A model generated the notes under the pieces. It saw only the letters and a program-made list of their open reading frames with translations, searched no databases and was not told the origin of the DNA. Made by a program: the position numbers and the translations under genes. Positions 20,616 to 30,358 of a DNA stretch of 64,000 nucleotides are shown here, piece by piece. Source of the stretch: Tidjanibacter sp. (lineage in GTDB: Bacteria; Bacteroidota; Bacteroidia; Bacteroidales; Rikenellaceae); assembly GCA_017503805.1 (NCBI GenBank), contig JAFVSJ010000007.1:9878-73877 (forward strand). Reading direction: 5' to 3'. Each line of letters begins with the position of its first letter. Positions within the stretch are counted from its first letter, which is position 1.

Positions 20616-23600
20616 ATGAGAAACTTTACACGAAAGTTTACCCTATTGCTTTTGGGGTTGAGCTTGGCACTGACAGCCGAGGCTCAGAAGGTTAGCGGTA
20701 TTGTTAAGGACTCGGCAGGCGAACCCATCATCGGCGCCTCCGTGATCGTCGAAGGAACTACCAACGGTACGTCGACAAACGTATCGGGCGAGTGGAGCCT
20801 CGATATCCAAAACGCACCGCAGAAAAAATTGGTCTTCTCCTATCTTGGTATGAAAGACCAGACGGTGGCCATCGGCAACCGCACCTACATCGAAGTCACT
20901 CTTGAGAGTGATGCAGAGGTTATGCAGGATGTGGTTGTGGTAGGTTATGCCACTGTACAACGTAAGGACCTGATCGGTTCGGTTTCGTCTGTAAACTCCG
21001 AGACCCTCGCCGCACAGCCCGTAACCAGCGTATCGGAAGCCCTCTCGGGTAAGATGGCCGGTGTGCAGGTAACAGCAACCGAGGGTGACCCCGATGCAGA
21101 CATCAAAATCCGCGTTCGAGGTGGCGGCTCCATTACTCAGGACTCCTCGCCTCTCTACATCGTAGACGGTTTCCCCGTTGAGAGCATCAACGACATCCCC
21201 TCGAGCGATATCCAGAGTATCGACGTGCTCAAGGATGCCTTCTCGACCGCCATCTACGGTTCGCGTGGTGCAAACGGCGTTATCATCGTTACCACCAAGA
21301 GCGGTAAAGAGGGCCGTCTGACCGTAAACTACAACGGCTACACAGGCTTCAAAACCATCGCAAACAAAGATGCACTCACCACCCTCGACACCGAGGAGTT
21401 TGTGAAACTGCAGTATGAGCTCTCCGTACTCCGCAACAACGTTGAGAGTGCCTACGAGCCCATCTTCGGTCAGTTCTGCGACATCGACCTCTATGCCAAC
21501 CAGCCCAAGAACGACTACGTTGCACAGGTATTTGGCAATCAAGGCACGACCAACAACCACAACATCTCCCTCTCGGGCGGTAGCAAGGACTTCAACTGGA
21601 CCGCAAGCTACGCGCATATGGGTGACAACGCCATTATGAAGGGCTCGAGCTACACTCGTGACAACCTCAACCTGAAGACCAAATTCAAACCCAACAACAA
21701 GGTTTCGTTTGACTTCTCGGTACGTTACTCCAATACCGACGTTCGCGGTAGTGGTGCCAACTCCATCAACGATAGCGGTTCGACCTCCGGCAACGGTCGT
21801 CTGAAACACGCCATCGGCTACGCTCCCGTGCCCCTGAATAGCTCGGTAGAGTCGAGCGACCTCGAGGAGGACTATGGCGACAACGCTCCTCCTATGCGTT
21901 CGGTAGCTGACAACGACTCGAAGCGTAACCGTCAGAACTGGAACATCAACGGTGCCGTATCGCTCAAACTCCTCAAGGGCCTCACCCTCAAGGTAGACGG
22001 CGGTCTCGACACCTACACTCAGGAGGACAACCGTTACTACGGTCTGACCACCTACTACGTAAACAACAACGCAACTCTCAAGGGACAGCCCGCTGCCTCC
22101 TACATCGAGCAGGATCGTACGAAACTCCGCAACACCAATACCCTCCACTACAATGTAGGTGAGGCGTTCGATTGGGAGGATAGCAAACTCGACATCCTTC
22201 TTGGTCAGGAGTATCTCCACACCGAGAGCAACACTATGACCACTTGGGTTGAGGGTCTGCCCACCTTCTTTGATGCAGAGATGGCTTGGAACTTTATGGC
22301 TTCGGGTACTGCTGTTTCCAACAACAAGTACTACAATCCCGATGACAAACTCCTCTCCTTCTTCGGTCGTGCAAACTACGACTGGAACGGCATCCTCTCC
22401 CTCTCGGCTACTATGCGTGCCGATGGTTCGTCGAAGTTCCTCGGCGCAAACCGTTGGGGCTACTTCCCCTCGGCTGCTGCTGCAATCCGTCTTTCGGAAA
22501 TCGGCGCACTTCAGGATGTAGAGTCGCTCGACAACCTCAAACTCCGCTATAGCTACGGTACCGCAGGTAACAACAACATCCCCAGCGGTCAGACTCTCCA
22601 GACCTTCAAGGCCAACTCCACCACTTGGATTTCGCAGGGCGTAACCTACTGGAGCGCAGGCAACACTATGCCCAACCCCGACCTCAAGTGGGAGACCACC
22701 ATCTCGCACAACCTCGGTTTGGACTACTCGTTCTTTAACGGTAAGGTGAGCGGTTCGTTTGAGCTCTACAAGAACAACACCAAAGACCTTCTGATTCAGT
22801 TCCCCACCGCAGGTAGTGGTTACGCTAACCAGTATCGCAATATGGGTGAGACTCAGAACGAAGGTTTCGAGGCTACACTCAACCTCACCATCTTTGAGAC
22901 CAAGAATGCAGGTCTGACCATCTCGGCCAACGCATCCTACAACCGCAACAAGGTAGTAACCCTCGGCGGTCTGGAGCGCATCGAGTCGCAGAGTACTTGG
23001 GCTTCGACCGAGGTTGGTACCGACTACGTTGTAGAGGTAGGCCAGCCTTTGGGTAATATGTACGGCTACATCTCCGACGGTTACTACACCGTAGACGACT
23101 TCAACTATGTTGACGGTGCTTGGGAGCTCAAAGAGGGCGTGGTAGACTGCTCCGACATCATCGGTAAGACCTACCTTGTCCCCGGCGCACGCAAGTATAA
23201 AGACCAGCCCACCGTTGAGGTACTCGACGAGGAGGGTAACGTCATCGGCTACGAGGGCGACGGCAAACTGACCGTTGCCGACAAGACCATCATCGGTAAT
23301 GCACTTGCCGATTGGACCGGCGGTCTTATCATCTCGGGTTACATCGGTAACTTCGACTTCTCGGCTAACTTCAACGCCGTATTTGGCAACGATATCTACA
23401 ATGCAAACCTCATCGAGTTCACTTCTACTCGTAAGTACAACAACCGCAACCTCCTCTCCTCGATGTCGACCGACCAGCGTTGGACCAACATCGACTGGAA
23501 CACAGGTGAGATGATTACCGACCCCGAGGCTCTCGCAGCTCTCAATGAGGGTAAGACCGCTTCGCCCTTCATCGGCAATGCCGTATTCAGCGACGCAGCC

Positions 23601-23855
23601 GTTGAGGATGGTTCGTTCCTCCGTCTGACAAGTGCAACCATCGGTTACACCATTCCCAAAAACCTCACCAAGAAGATTGGTATTGAGAATCTCCGTCTCT
23701 ACGTTTCGGGCACCAACCTCTGGCTGCTGACCAACTACTCCGGCTTCGATCCCGAGGTAGATACCCGTCGTGCTACCCCTCTTACCCCCGGTGTAGACTA
23801 CTCGGCCTATCCCAAGAGCAGAGGCGTGGTATTTGGCGTAAACCTCACTTTCTAA
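20616..23855 (+). CDS. susC: SusC/RagA TonB-dependent transporter
   Basis: CarboxypepD-like N-domain, VVVVGY, PLYIVDG, IYGSRGANGVIIVTTK, LKWETT and terminal GVNLTF. Confidence 0.96.
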   Translation: MRNFTRKFTLLLLGLSLALTAEAQKVSGIVKDSAGEPIIGASVIVEGTTNGTSTNVSGEWSLDIQNAPQKKLVFSYLGMKDQTVAIGNRTYIEVTLESDAEVMQDVVVVGYATVQRKDLIGSVSSVNSETLAAQPVTSVSEALSGKMAGVQVTATEGDPDADIKIRVRGGGSITQDSSPLYIVDGFPVESINDIPSSDIQSIDVLKDAFSTAIYGSRGANGVIIVTTKSGKEGRLTVNYNGYTGFKTIANKDALTTLDTEEFVKLQYELSVLRNNVESAYEPIFGQFCDIDLYANQPKNDYVAQVFGNQGTTNNHNISLSGGSKDFNWTASYAHMGDNAIMKGSSYTRDNLNLKTKFKPNNKVSFDFSVRYSNTDVRGSGANSINDSGSTSGNGRLKHAIGYAPVPLNSSVESSDLEEDYGDNAPPMRSVADNDSKRNRQNWNINGAVSLKLLKGLTLKVDGGLDTYTQEDNRYYGLTTYYVNNNATLKGQPAASYIEQDRTKLRNTNTLHYNVGEAFDWEDSKLDILLGQEYLHTESNTMTTWVEGLPTFFDAEMAWNFMASGTAVSNNKYYNPDDKLLSFFGRANYDWNGILSLSATMRADGSSKFLGANRWGYFPSAAAAIRLSEIGALQDVESLDNLKLRYSYGTAGNNNIPSGQTLQTFKANSTTWISQGVTYWSAGNTMPNPDLKWETTISHNLGLDYSFFNGKVSGSFELYKNNTKDLLIQFPTAGSGYANQYRNMGETQNEGFEATLNLTIFETKNAGLTISANASYNRNKVVTLGGLERIESQSTWASTEVGTDYVVEVGQPLGNMYGYISDGYYTVDDFNYVDGAWELKEGVVDCSDIIGKTYLVPGARKYKDQPTVEVLDEEGNVIGYEGDGKLTVADKTIIGNALADWTGGLIISGYIGNFDFSANFNAVFGNDIYNANLIEFTSTRKYNNRNLLSSMSTDQRWTNIDWNTGEMITDPEALAALNEGKTASPFIGNAVFSDAAVEDGSFLRLTSATIGYTIPKNLTKKIGIENLRLYVSGTNLWLLTNYSGFDPEVDTRRATPLTPGVDYSAYPKSRGVVFGVNLTF

Positions 23856-23870
23856 ACCTTTTAGTAAAAG

Positions 23871-25658
23871 ATGAAAGAGATGAAAAAATTTGCATACATA
23901 CTTTTGATTGCCTTGTCGGCCACCTTCGCTTCGTGCGGTGACGACTTCCTCGAGGCAGAGACTCAGTCGGCTTTCGATGAGTCCGTAGTATTCTCGAACT
24001 ATACTTTGGCAGAGTATAATGTATTCTCGATCTCGGAGACTTTTGGTCACACCAACAACTACCGTGGTCGTTTCCTCCCCTGGTATGGTTTCAACACCGA
24101 CAGCGAGTGGTATGTTTCGACTACTCAGGATGCTAAATCGGAGATTGCAACCTACGCCATCACCGTGAACAACTCGCAGCTCAACCTCGACAATGGTCCC
24201 TACAACGAGATCTATGCCGGTATCGAGCGCGCAAATATCTGTATCAAAGGTCTGCGTACCTATGGCGACGTGGAAAACAAAGCCGATATGGCCTACCTGC
24301 TCGGTGAGTCGCTCACCCTCAGGGCATTCCTCTACTATGAGTTGCTCAAATCGTTTGGCGATGTGCCCGCACGTTTCGAGCCCATCACCTCGGCTACCAT
24401 CTATCTGCCCAAGAGCGACCGCGACGTGATCTACAAACAGATTCTCGCCGACCTCGATGAGGCTGCCAATTATCTGCCTTGGCCCGCAACTTCGGCTGCC
24501 ACGATGACCACCGACCGCGTGAGCAAAGCATTTGCACACGGTCTCTACGCTCGCGTAGCTCTGGCAGCTTCGGGTTATGCACTCCGTCCCGAGGACGGTA
24601 TGGTTGGTACCGGCGACGCTGGTAGCATCCGCCTCTCGAGCGACTCGGAGCTCTCCAAAGAGGTGCTCTATCCCAAAGTGCTCACCAAACTTGAGGAGGT
24701 TATCAAGAGCGGTTCGCTCTCGCTCTACACCGACTACAAACAGCTCTGGAAAGATTTCAACAACTTCGACCTCACCGCAGGCAAGGAGAACATCTTCGTA
24801 ATCCCCTTCGGCGATGCACGTGGCCGTTGGAACTACACCTTCGCAATCCGCACCAACATCAACGGCTCCGGCCGTGGTGGTACTGTAGGTCCCGCTCCTA
24901 CCCTCTACTTCGACTTCGACAAGAACGACCAGCGTCGTGACCTGACTTGCGTGAACTTCAAGTATGAGAAAGATGGTGTGATTGAGCCCGCAGGTATCGA
25001 GAACTGGTATTTCGGCAAATATCGCTTCCAGTGGATGGAGAAACAGCCCTACACAGGCGGTAACGACGACGGTATCAAACCCGTGGTTATGCGCTACTCC
25101 GATGTACTTCTTATGGCCGCTGAGGTTGCCAACGAACTTGGCAAACTCGATGAAGCCAAAGGTTACTTCAAAGAGGTACGCCAGAGGGCTACCGGCGCTG
25201 CTGCCGAGAGCTATGTAGCGGCACTCGGTTCGAAAGATGCGATGTTCAACGCCATCGTAGACGAGCGTAACTTTGAGTTTGCAGGCGAGTTCCTCCGCAA
25301 GGGTGACCTCATCCGTTGGAATATGCTCAAAGACAAACTCGATGAGTCCATCAACGACTACCGCGATCTGAAGAACATCCGTGGCGACTATGCCAACCTC
25401 AACCCCGAGGGTGACGTATGGTATCGTACCGTGGGCGACGAGATCGAGTTCTACGGCTTCAACGGCGAGCGCGTAGCTCCCGAGGGCGAAGAGTGGAGCA
25501 AGAAGGGTGGTTATCTGACCAAAGATACCGACGGTCAGACCGAGGAGCGTGCTTCGACCATCTACACCGCCGATCCCAACCAGCATATGTATTGGCCCAT
25601 CTTCCAAGCAACCATCATCAACTCGCAGGGTTCGCTTGTGAACGACTTCGGTTACTAA
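23871..25658 (+). CDS. susD: SusD/RagB glycan-binding lipoprotein
   Basis: Lipobox FASC, GESLTLRAFLY, MRYSDVLLMAAE and ERNFEFAGE; directly follows susC. Confidence 0.95.
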   Translation: MKEMKKFAYILLIALSATFASCGDDFLEAETQSAFDESVVFSNYTLAEYNVFSISETFGHTNNYRGRFLPWYGFNTDSEWYVSTTQDAKSEIATYAITVNNSQLNLDNGPYNEIYAGIERANICIKGLRTYGDVENKADMAYLLGESLTLRAFLYYELLKSFGDVPARFEPITSATIYLPKSDRDVIYKQILADLDEAANYLPWPATSAATMTTDRVSKAFAHGLYARVALAASGYALRPEDGMVGTGDAGSIRLSSDSELSKEVLYPKVLTKLEEVIKSGSLSLYTDYKQLWKDFNNFDLTAGKENIFVIPFGDARGRWNYTFAIRTNINGSGRGGTVGPAPTLYFDFDKNDQRRDLTCVNFKYEKDGVIEPAGIENWYFGKYRFQWMEKQPYTGGNDDGIKPVVMRYSDVLLMAAEVANELGKLDEAKGYFKEVRQRATGAAAESYVAALGSKDAMFNAIVDERNFEFAGEFLRKGDLIRWNMLKDKLDESINDYRDLKNIRGDYANLNPEGDVWYRTVGDEIEFYGFNGERVAPEGEEWSKKGGYLTKDTDGQTEERASTIYTADPNQHMYWPIFQATIINSQGSLVNDFGY

Positions 25659-25706
25659 TGAAGTGGCACCTACCTATTATAAAAAGTAATAAGTATACAG
25701 ACAGAT

Positions 25707-28700
25707 ATGAAAAAGTTTATTAAGAATATAGCACTGTTTGCTTCGATGGCGGCTATGGTCGGTTGTTCGCCCGAGCCCGCAGAGGTAATCGACAGCATTT
25801 CGCTGAACCGTTGCCTTGCGCCCACCAACCTCGAAGCAGAGATCGTTGCATCGGTAGGTACCGACGTGGAACTTACTTGGGATGCAATGGAGGGTACTGA
25901 GTTCTACACAGTTGAGGTATTCGAGTCCACCGAGACCGGTATCGACGAGGAGACCGGCAACGAGGTAGCACTCGCCCCCAACTACGATGCCGTAGAGCCT
26001 GCAAAGGTTGACACTGACATCAAGACTATTCCCCACGTGGTAACCGGCCTCGAGGTAGACAAGAGCTACTTCGTGCGCGTAAAAGGCCACGCCAACAACA
26101 AAGAGGACTCCAAATGGACCTACCTCGAGGAGGCATTCGCAACCTCGGCCGTACGTTCGTCGTTCAAGCTCACCGTCGCTGATCGTACCGCCAACAGCAT
26201 CACTGTTACTTGGGATGAGGGCGAAGATGCAGCAGACCTCACCACCCTGCGTGCTGTGCCCGTTTCGGACAGCTCGAAGAAGAGTGTGGACTTGGCACTC
26301 ACCAACGATATGATTTCGGCTCGCAGCGCTGTTGTCGAAGAGCTCGATGCTTGCACCAACTACAAGCTCACCCTTATCTACGGCAAGGCTTGCAACCGTG
26401 GTAGCATCACCGCATTCACCCGTCCCAGCGACTCGGGCTTCAACACCGTAAACACCGTTGAGGCTATCGTGAATGCCATCACCGGCACCATCGGTGACGT
26501 GAAACTCAAAGTGGAGTACAACGATGGTATTCCCTACGACTTGGCTAACGTAGCTGCCATTGGTTGCAACCTCTGGTTGGTTGGCGAGTCGTCGACAGAC
26601 GGCAAGAAACCCATCATCACCGGTTTGGACATCCAGCCCACCGGCGCAGTCACAACCATCCACCTCGAAGAGTTGGTTCTCGATGGCGCAGTATATGCTG
26701 TTGCAGGTGCCGAGACCAAAGGTCACATCCTCACCGCAAAGGCTGCTATGGAGGCCTTTGAGCTCGTAAACTGCGAGATTTTCGGTTACACCAAGGGCCT
26801 CTACTACAACAACGTAGCAGGTGCCGATTGCGGCAGCATCCTCATTGACGGTTGCTATGTACACGATGTGAATGCCGACGGTAGTGTTGGTGGCGACTTC
26901 ATCGACGTACGCAACGGTGTTCACCCCTCGATTGTGGTGAAGAACTCCACCTTCTACGCTTGCGCCCGTACCTTCTTGAGGGTTAGCGACAACGCCGACT
27001 CGGGCCTCGTAGAGGTTAAGAACAACACCTTCAACTTTGTGACCACCACCAAGACCTCGTCTAACAACGCAGGTATCTTCGGTGTGAGGACCAAAACCAC
27101 TCCCGAGACCATTCTCTGTACCAAGAACGTATTCCTCAACGAGTATAGCGACGGTGAGCCCGCAGGTTCGCCCTTCGTACGCCTCGTGCGCAACTCCTCC
27201 GACTCGAACGCTCCCGTATGCTCGGGCAACTACTTCTACAATGTAGGTGAGGGTTGGTTCGTCTCGGCAGCTACCACCATCGCCGGTGCAGCATTCGATC
27301 AGGCTGCAGCTTTGGCAGAGGGTGGCGCACTCCTCGAGGCAGATCCCTGCCAGAGCTCCGGCGCAGGCAAACTCTACCTCAACGCGACCAGCGACATCGC
27401 CGCCAAACAGGCAGGTGACCCCCGTTGGTGGAATGCAGCTATTCCCGAGCCTCCCGTAAGGGCAACCGAGCTTGAGGTTGTAACAGAGCCCTACACTTGG
27501 GACTTCACCGCCAAGGCTATCTACGATGGCGAGGTTCTCTCGGCTACCACCATCATCGGCAACGCACGCATCTATGCAACAGCCGAGGCTCCCTCGGAGG
27601 TTGTTTTGGGCGAGGGTATCTACTTCGCAACCGCAGGTATGGTTGATGCAGAGGGCGTTCCTACCCACGGTGCTGTAGGCATACTGACCAATGGCTACGG
27701 TGCAGTAGTAGTTACTGCCGAGGGTGCCAACGGTGTTGAGGGTGTACAGGTACTCGCAGGTGGCGACCGCTACACCGTATTGGCCGACGGCGAGCCCCAC
27801 AAAGTGCTCCTCGGCGACCTCTCGGGCGACAACAATATCTACGTTATGGCAGCAGGTGGCGTAACCCTCAAATCGATTGAGTGGACTCAGGACCTCACCC
27901 CCGATGCTGTAGCTACCCAGCTGAAAGCTCCCGGCGTATCGTTCGACAACCGCAAGGTTGACGAGGGCACAGCAATGGCCGTCACCGCTTCGTGGGAGGC
28001 CGTTGAGAATGCCGACCACTATGAGGTTACTTGGCGTGGTGCAACCACCGAGCAGACCGCTTGTGAGTTTGTGATTGCAGCCGAGGAGGTTGCCGCATTG
28101 GCAATTGGCGAGTATGAGTTGAGCGTTGTGGCTATTCCCGTAGCTACCTCAAGCAAATACCTCCGCTCGGAGGCAGGCGCAGCAACCCTTCAGATCAACA
28201 AGGTTGTTATGGGTGGCGAGGTAACCCTCACTTGGGACTTTGCAAGCGCAGAGTGGCTTGATGCACTTGTTTCGATTGGCACAAGCGGCAGTACCGAGGT
28301 GAACGTTACCGTAGACGGCTTGAGCGTTATCTCGGGTGGCGGCTCCATCAAGGCTTCCGACACCACCGCAGGTCAGTACTACATCCAGCCCGGCGGCAAG
28401 GGTGATGCCAACAAACGTTACTTCACATTTGAGGCTCCCGCAGCAGGTACCCTGAAAGTTTGGACAAGCAACACCGGCAGCTCGCTCGACGAGACTCGTA
28501 TGGTAGCTGTTCAGCAGGGTGAGGATGCCACTACCCTCGTAGAGAAGGCCGGTGGTACCCCCTCGGGCGAGGAACCCACTATGAACGAGTTTGATGTTCA
28601 GGCTGGCGAGATTCGCATCTGGGCAGCAGGCAACGCCTTGAGGTTCTATAAGTTTGAGTTTACCTACATTGCAGAGGCACCCAAAGCTCACTACACTTGG

Positions 28701-29138
28701 GACTTTGCAAGCGCAGAGTGGCTTGATGCACTTGTTTCGATTGGCACAAGCAACAATTCGGAGGTTAATATTACCGTAGACGGTCTGAGCGTTATCTCGG
28801 GTGGCGGCACTATCAAGGCTTCCGACACCACCGCAGGTCAGTACTACATCCAGCCCGGCGGCAAGGGTGATGCCAACAAACGTTACTTCCGTTTCGAGGC
28901 TCCCGCAGCAGGTATCCTGAAGGTTTGGACAAGCAACACCGGCAGCTCGCTCGACGAGACACGTATGGTAGCTGTTCAGCAGGGTGAGGATGCCACTACC
29001 CTCGTAGAGAAGTCTGGTGGCACCCCCTCGGGCGAGGCTCCCACCGAGAATGAGTTTGATGTCCAGCAGGGCGAGATTCGCATCTGGGCAGCAGGCAATG
29101 CCTTGAGGTTCTACAAGTTTGAGTACATTCAGAACTAA
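25707..29138 (+). CDS. Surface glycan-binding lipoprotein (DUF4957/DUF5123-like, FN3 domains) with a duplicated C-terminal module
   Basis: Lipobox MVGC, FN3-like segments, GDPRW motif and position after susD. Confidence 0.75.
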   Translation: MKKFIKNIALFASMAAMVGCSPEPAEVIDSISLNRCLAPTNLEAEIVASVGTDVELTWDAMEGTEFYTVEVFESTETGIDEETGNEVALAPNYDAVEPAKVDTDIKTIPHVVTGLEVDKSYFVRVKGHANNKEDSKWTYLEEAFATSAVRSSFKLTVADRTANSITVTWDEGEDAADLTTLRAVPVSDSSKKSVDLALTNDMISARSAVVEELDACTNYKLTLIYGKACNRGSITAFTRPSDSGFNTVNTVEAIVNAITGTIGDVKLKVEYNDGIPYDLANVAAIGCNLWLVGESSTDGKKPIITGLDIQPTGAVTTIHLEELVLDGAVYAVAGAETKGHILTAKAAMEAFELVNCEIFGYTKGLYYNNVAGADCGSILIDGCYVHDVNADGSVGGDFIDVRNGVHPSIVVKNSTFYACARTFLRVSDNADSGLVEVKNNTFNFVTTTKTSSNNAGIFGVRTKTTPETILCTKNVFLNEYSDGEPAGSPFVRLVRNSSDSNAPVCSGNYFYNVGEGWFVSAATTIAGAAFDQAAALAEGGALLEADPCQSSGAGKLYLNATSDIAAKQAGDPRWWNAAIPEPPVRATELEVVTEPYTWDFTAKAIYDGEVLSATTIIGNARIYATAEAPSEVVLGEGIYFATAGMVDAEGVPTHGAVGILTNGYGAVVVTAEGANGVEGVQVLAGGDRYTVLADGEPHKVLLGDLSGDNNIYVMAAGGVTLKSIEWTQDLTPDAVATQLKAPGVSFDNRKVDEGTAMAVTASWEAVENADHYEVTWRGATTEQTACEFVIAAEEVAALAIGEYELSVVAIPVATSSKYLRSEAGAATLQINKVVMGGEVTLTWDFASAEWLDALVSIGTSGSTEVNVTVDGLSVISGGGSIKASDTTAGQYYIQPGGKGDANKRYFTFEAPAAGTLKVWTSNTGSSLDETRMVAVQQGEDATTLVEKAGGTPSGEEPTMNEFDVQAGEIRIWAAGNALRFYKFEFTYIAEAPKAHYTWDFASAEWLDALVSIGTSNNSEVNITVDGLSVISGGGTIKASDTTAGQYYIQPGGKGDANKRYFRFEAPAAGILKVWTSNTGSSLDETRMVAVQQGEDATTLVEKSGGTPSGEAPTENEFDVQQGEIRIWAAGNALRFYKFEYIQN
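28229..29130 (+). repeat. Intragenic tandem duplication, period 465 bp (155 aa)
   Basis: cacttgggactttgcaagcgcagagtggcttgatgcac... starts at both 28229 and 28694; the copies are nearly identical. Confidence 0.95.
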
Positions 29139-29169
29139 TACTCATTAGGCTTGATTTACTCTATACCCA

Positions 29170-29208
29170 CAGCGGGCTGCTTCATTGGAGCGGCCCGTTG
29201 GTTGTTTT
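29170..29208 (+). terminator. Intrinsic terminator ending the susCD operon
   Basis: cagcgggctgcttca-t-tggagcggcccgttg followed by gttgtttt. Confidence 0.75.
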
Positions 29209-29234
29209 ATACAGCAGCGCAATGCGAATTGATT

Positions 29235-29424
29235 AGAGCCGGGGGCTACTCTACAATAGGTGTTGGCCCTCGGCTATTTCTGACCTATGTGGCGAGTTGC
29301 GAGTCGAGGTGGCAATAATTACTACCAATGTCGCGAAAATTCGCATTGAACTTTGAGGAAGTTTTTGTACTTTTAGGGTGCGAAATTGCAACGACTATAA
29401 ATTCTAAACAACATAATCAAAACC
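29235..29424 (+). repeat. 190-bp direct repeat, copy 1 (terminator-like hairpin plus uxaC upstream region)
   Basis: Matches 30163-30352 with 5 mismatches by manual alignment. Confidence 0.95.
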
Positions 29425-29512
29425 CAGCAATAAATACAAAACAAATCAACCTACAGATGGATATACATTTATTAAATCACTTATTAACTTATCTAGTAAC
29501 TGCTAAAGAATT

Positions 29513-30133
29513 ATGAAACGTATTCTCATTATTATCTTCTTGGCGATGTGTGCCACGCCGCTATTGGCACAACGTCACTACGCTTCATTCGCATCCAGAG
29601 ATTACAAAAGTGACACCATTCGGATGGATAATTACACCTACATAAGCGACACCATCAACAGATACAAATTGGAAATCTTCAATGCAGAAAACCATCTCGG
29701 CAGACCCGATCTGGTAGATAGCAACGGAGAGCTGCTTGAGGACCTGAGCGAATATATGACATTCTCGCGAGAACAAAGAGTAAAGTTACTCGCCATCTTG
29801 GATGAGATTCTCACCGATGAACTTCTCGCCGCAACGGGCAGGTCGGTTCTGTTGGTGAATATGGATTTCTCCACAGACGACGGCAGCGTAACCGATGTAT
29901 TCTTCAAAACCGCACTGATTGGTGACTGCCCCTACAGCAGGATTCCCGTAGAGATATACAGAGCGATAGAATTGCGTATCAAAAGCGAAATCAGCGCAGA
30001 GATTTCAGAAAAAGGCAAACTACTGCCCTACTGCGATATAACAATCCCTTACGTTCGCCAACCATCGAAACTTTCCAACACAGAGCAGATGACTATACCC
30101 GAAAACGGGAAACCCACAGCAGGGTTGCCATAG
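29513..30133 (+). CDS. Secreted hypothetical protein, DUF5043-like
   Basis: Signal peptide; YTYISDT, GSVTDVFF and IPVEIYRAIELRIK resemble Bacteroidales DUF5043 proteins (recognised from memory, not searched). Confidence 0.65.
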   Translation: MKRILIIIFLAMCATPLLAQRHYASFASRDYKSDTIRMDNYTYISDTINRYKLEIFNAENHLGRPDLVDSNGELLEDLSEYMTFSREQRVKLLAILDEILTDELLAATGRSVLLVNMDFSTDDGSVTDVFFKTALIGDCPYSRIPVEIYRAIELRIKSEISAEISEKGKLLPYCDITIPYVRQPSKLSNTEQMTIPENGKPTAGLP

Positions 30134-30162
30134 TACAAATCTGCAAACCATAAACAATCGAC

Positions 30163-30352
30163 AGAGCCGAGGGCCACTCTACAATAGGGGTTGGCCCTCG
30201 GCTATTTCTGACCTATGTGGCGAGTTGCGAGTCGAGGTGGCAATAATTACTACCAATGTGGCGAAAATTCGCATTGAACTTTGAGGAAGTTTTTGTACTT
30301 TTAGGGTGCGAAATTGTAACGACTATAAATTCTAAACAACATAATCAAAACC
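30163..30352 (+). repeat. 190-bp direct repeat, copy 2, ending 6 bp before the uxaC start
   Basis: Begins with the perfect stem agccgagggcca/tggccctcggct and matches 29235-29424. Confidence 0.95.
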
Positions 30353-30358
30353 TAAGCT

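Noticed and set aside
20643-25607. 1654-aa antisense ORF spanning susC and susD
   Set aside because: susC and susD share a frame and strong codon bias, which removes antisense stops. It has no recognisable motifs. The same applies to 25677..28019, 30332..32860, 51257..52849 and 62710..63975.
28229-29130. Possible diversity-generating retroelement template/variable repeat pair
   Set aside because: Both copies are in frame in one gene, the differences are not confined to adenines, and no reverse transcriptase is present.
29328-29516. 62-aa ORF overlapping repeat copy 1
   Set aside because: It lies in duplicated promoter-region DNA and has no protein-like features.
29235-30352. Integron attC or IS target-site explanation for the 190-bp repeat
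   Set aside because: I could not recognise attC core sites, there is no integrase or transposase, and the repeat is far longer than a target-site duplication.
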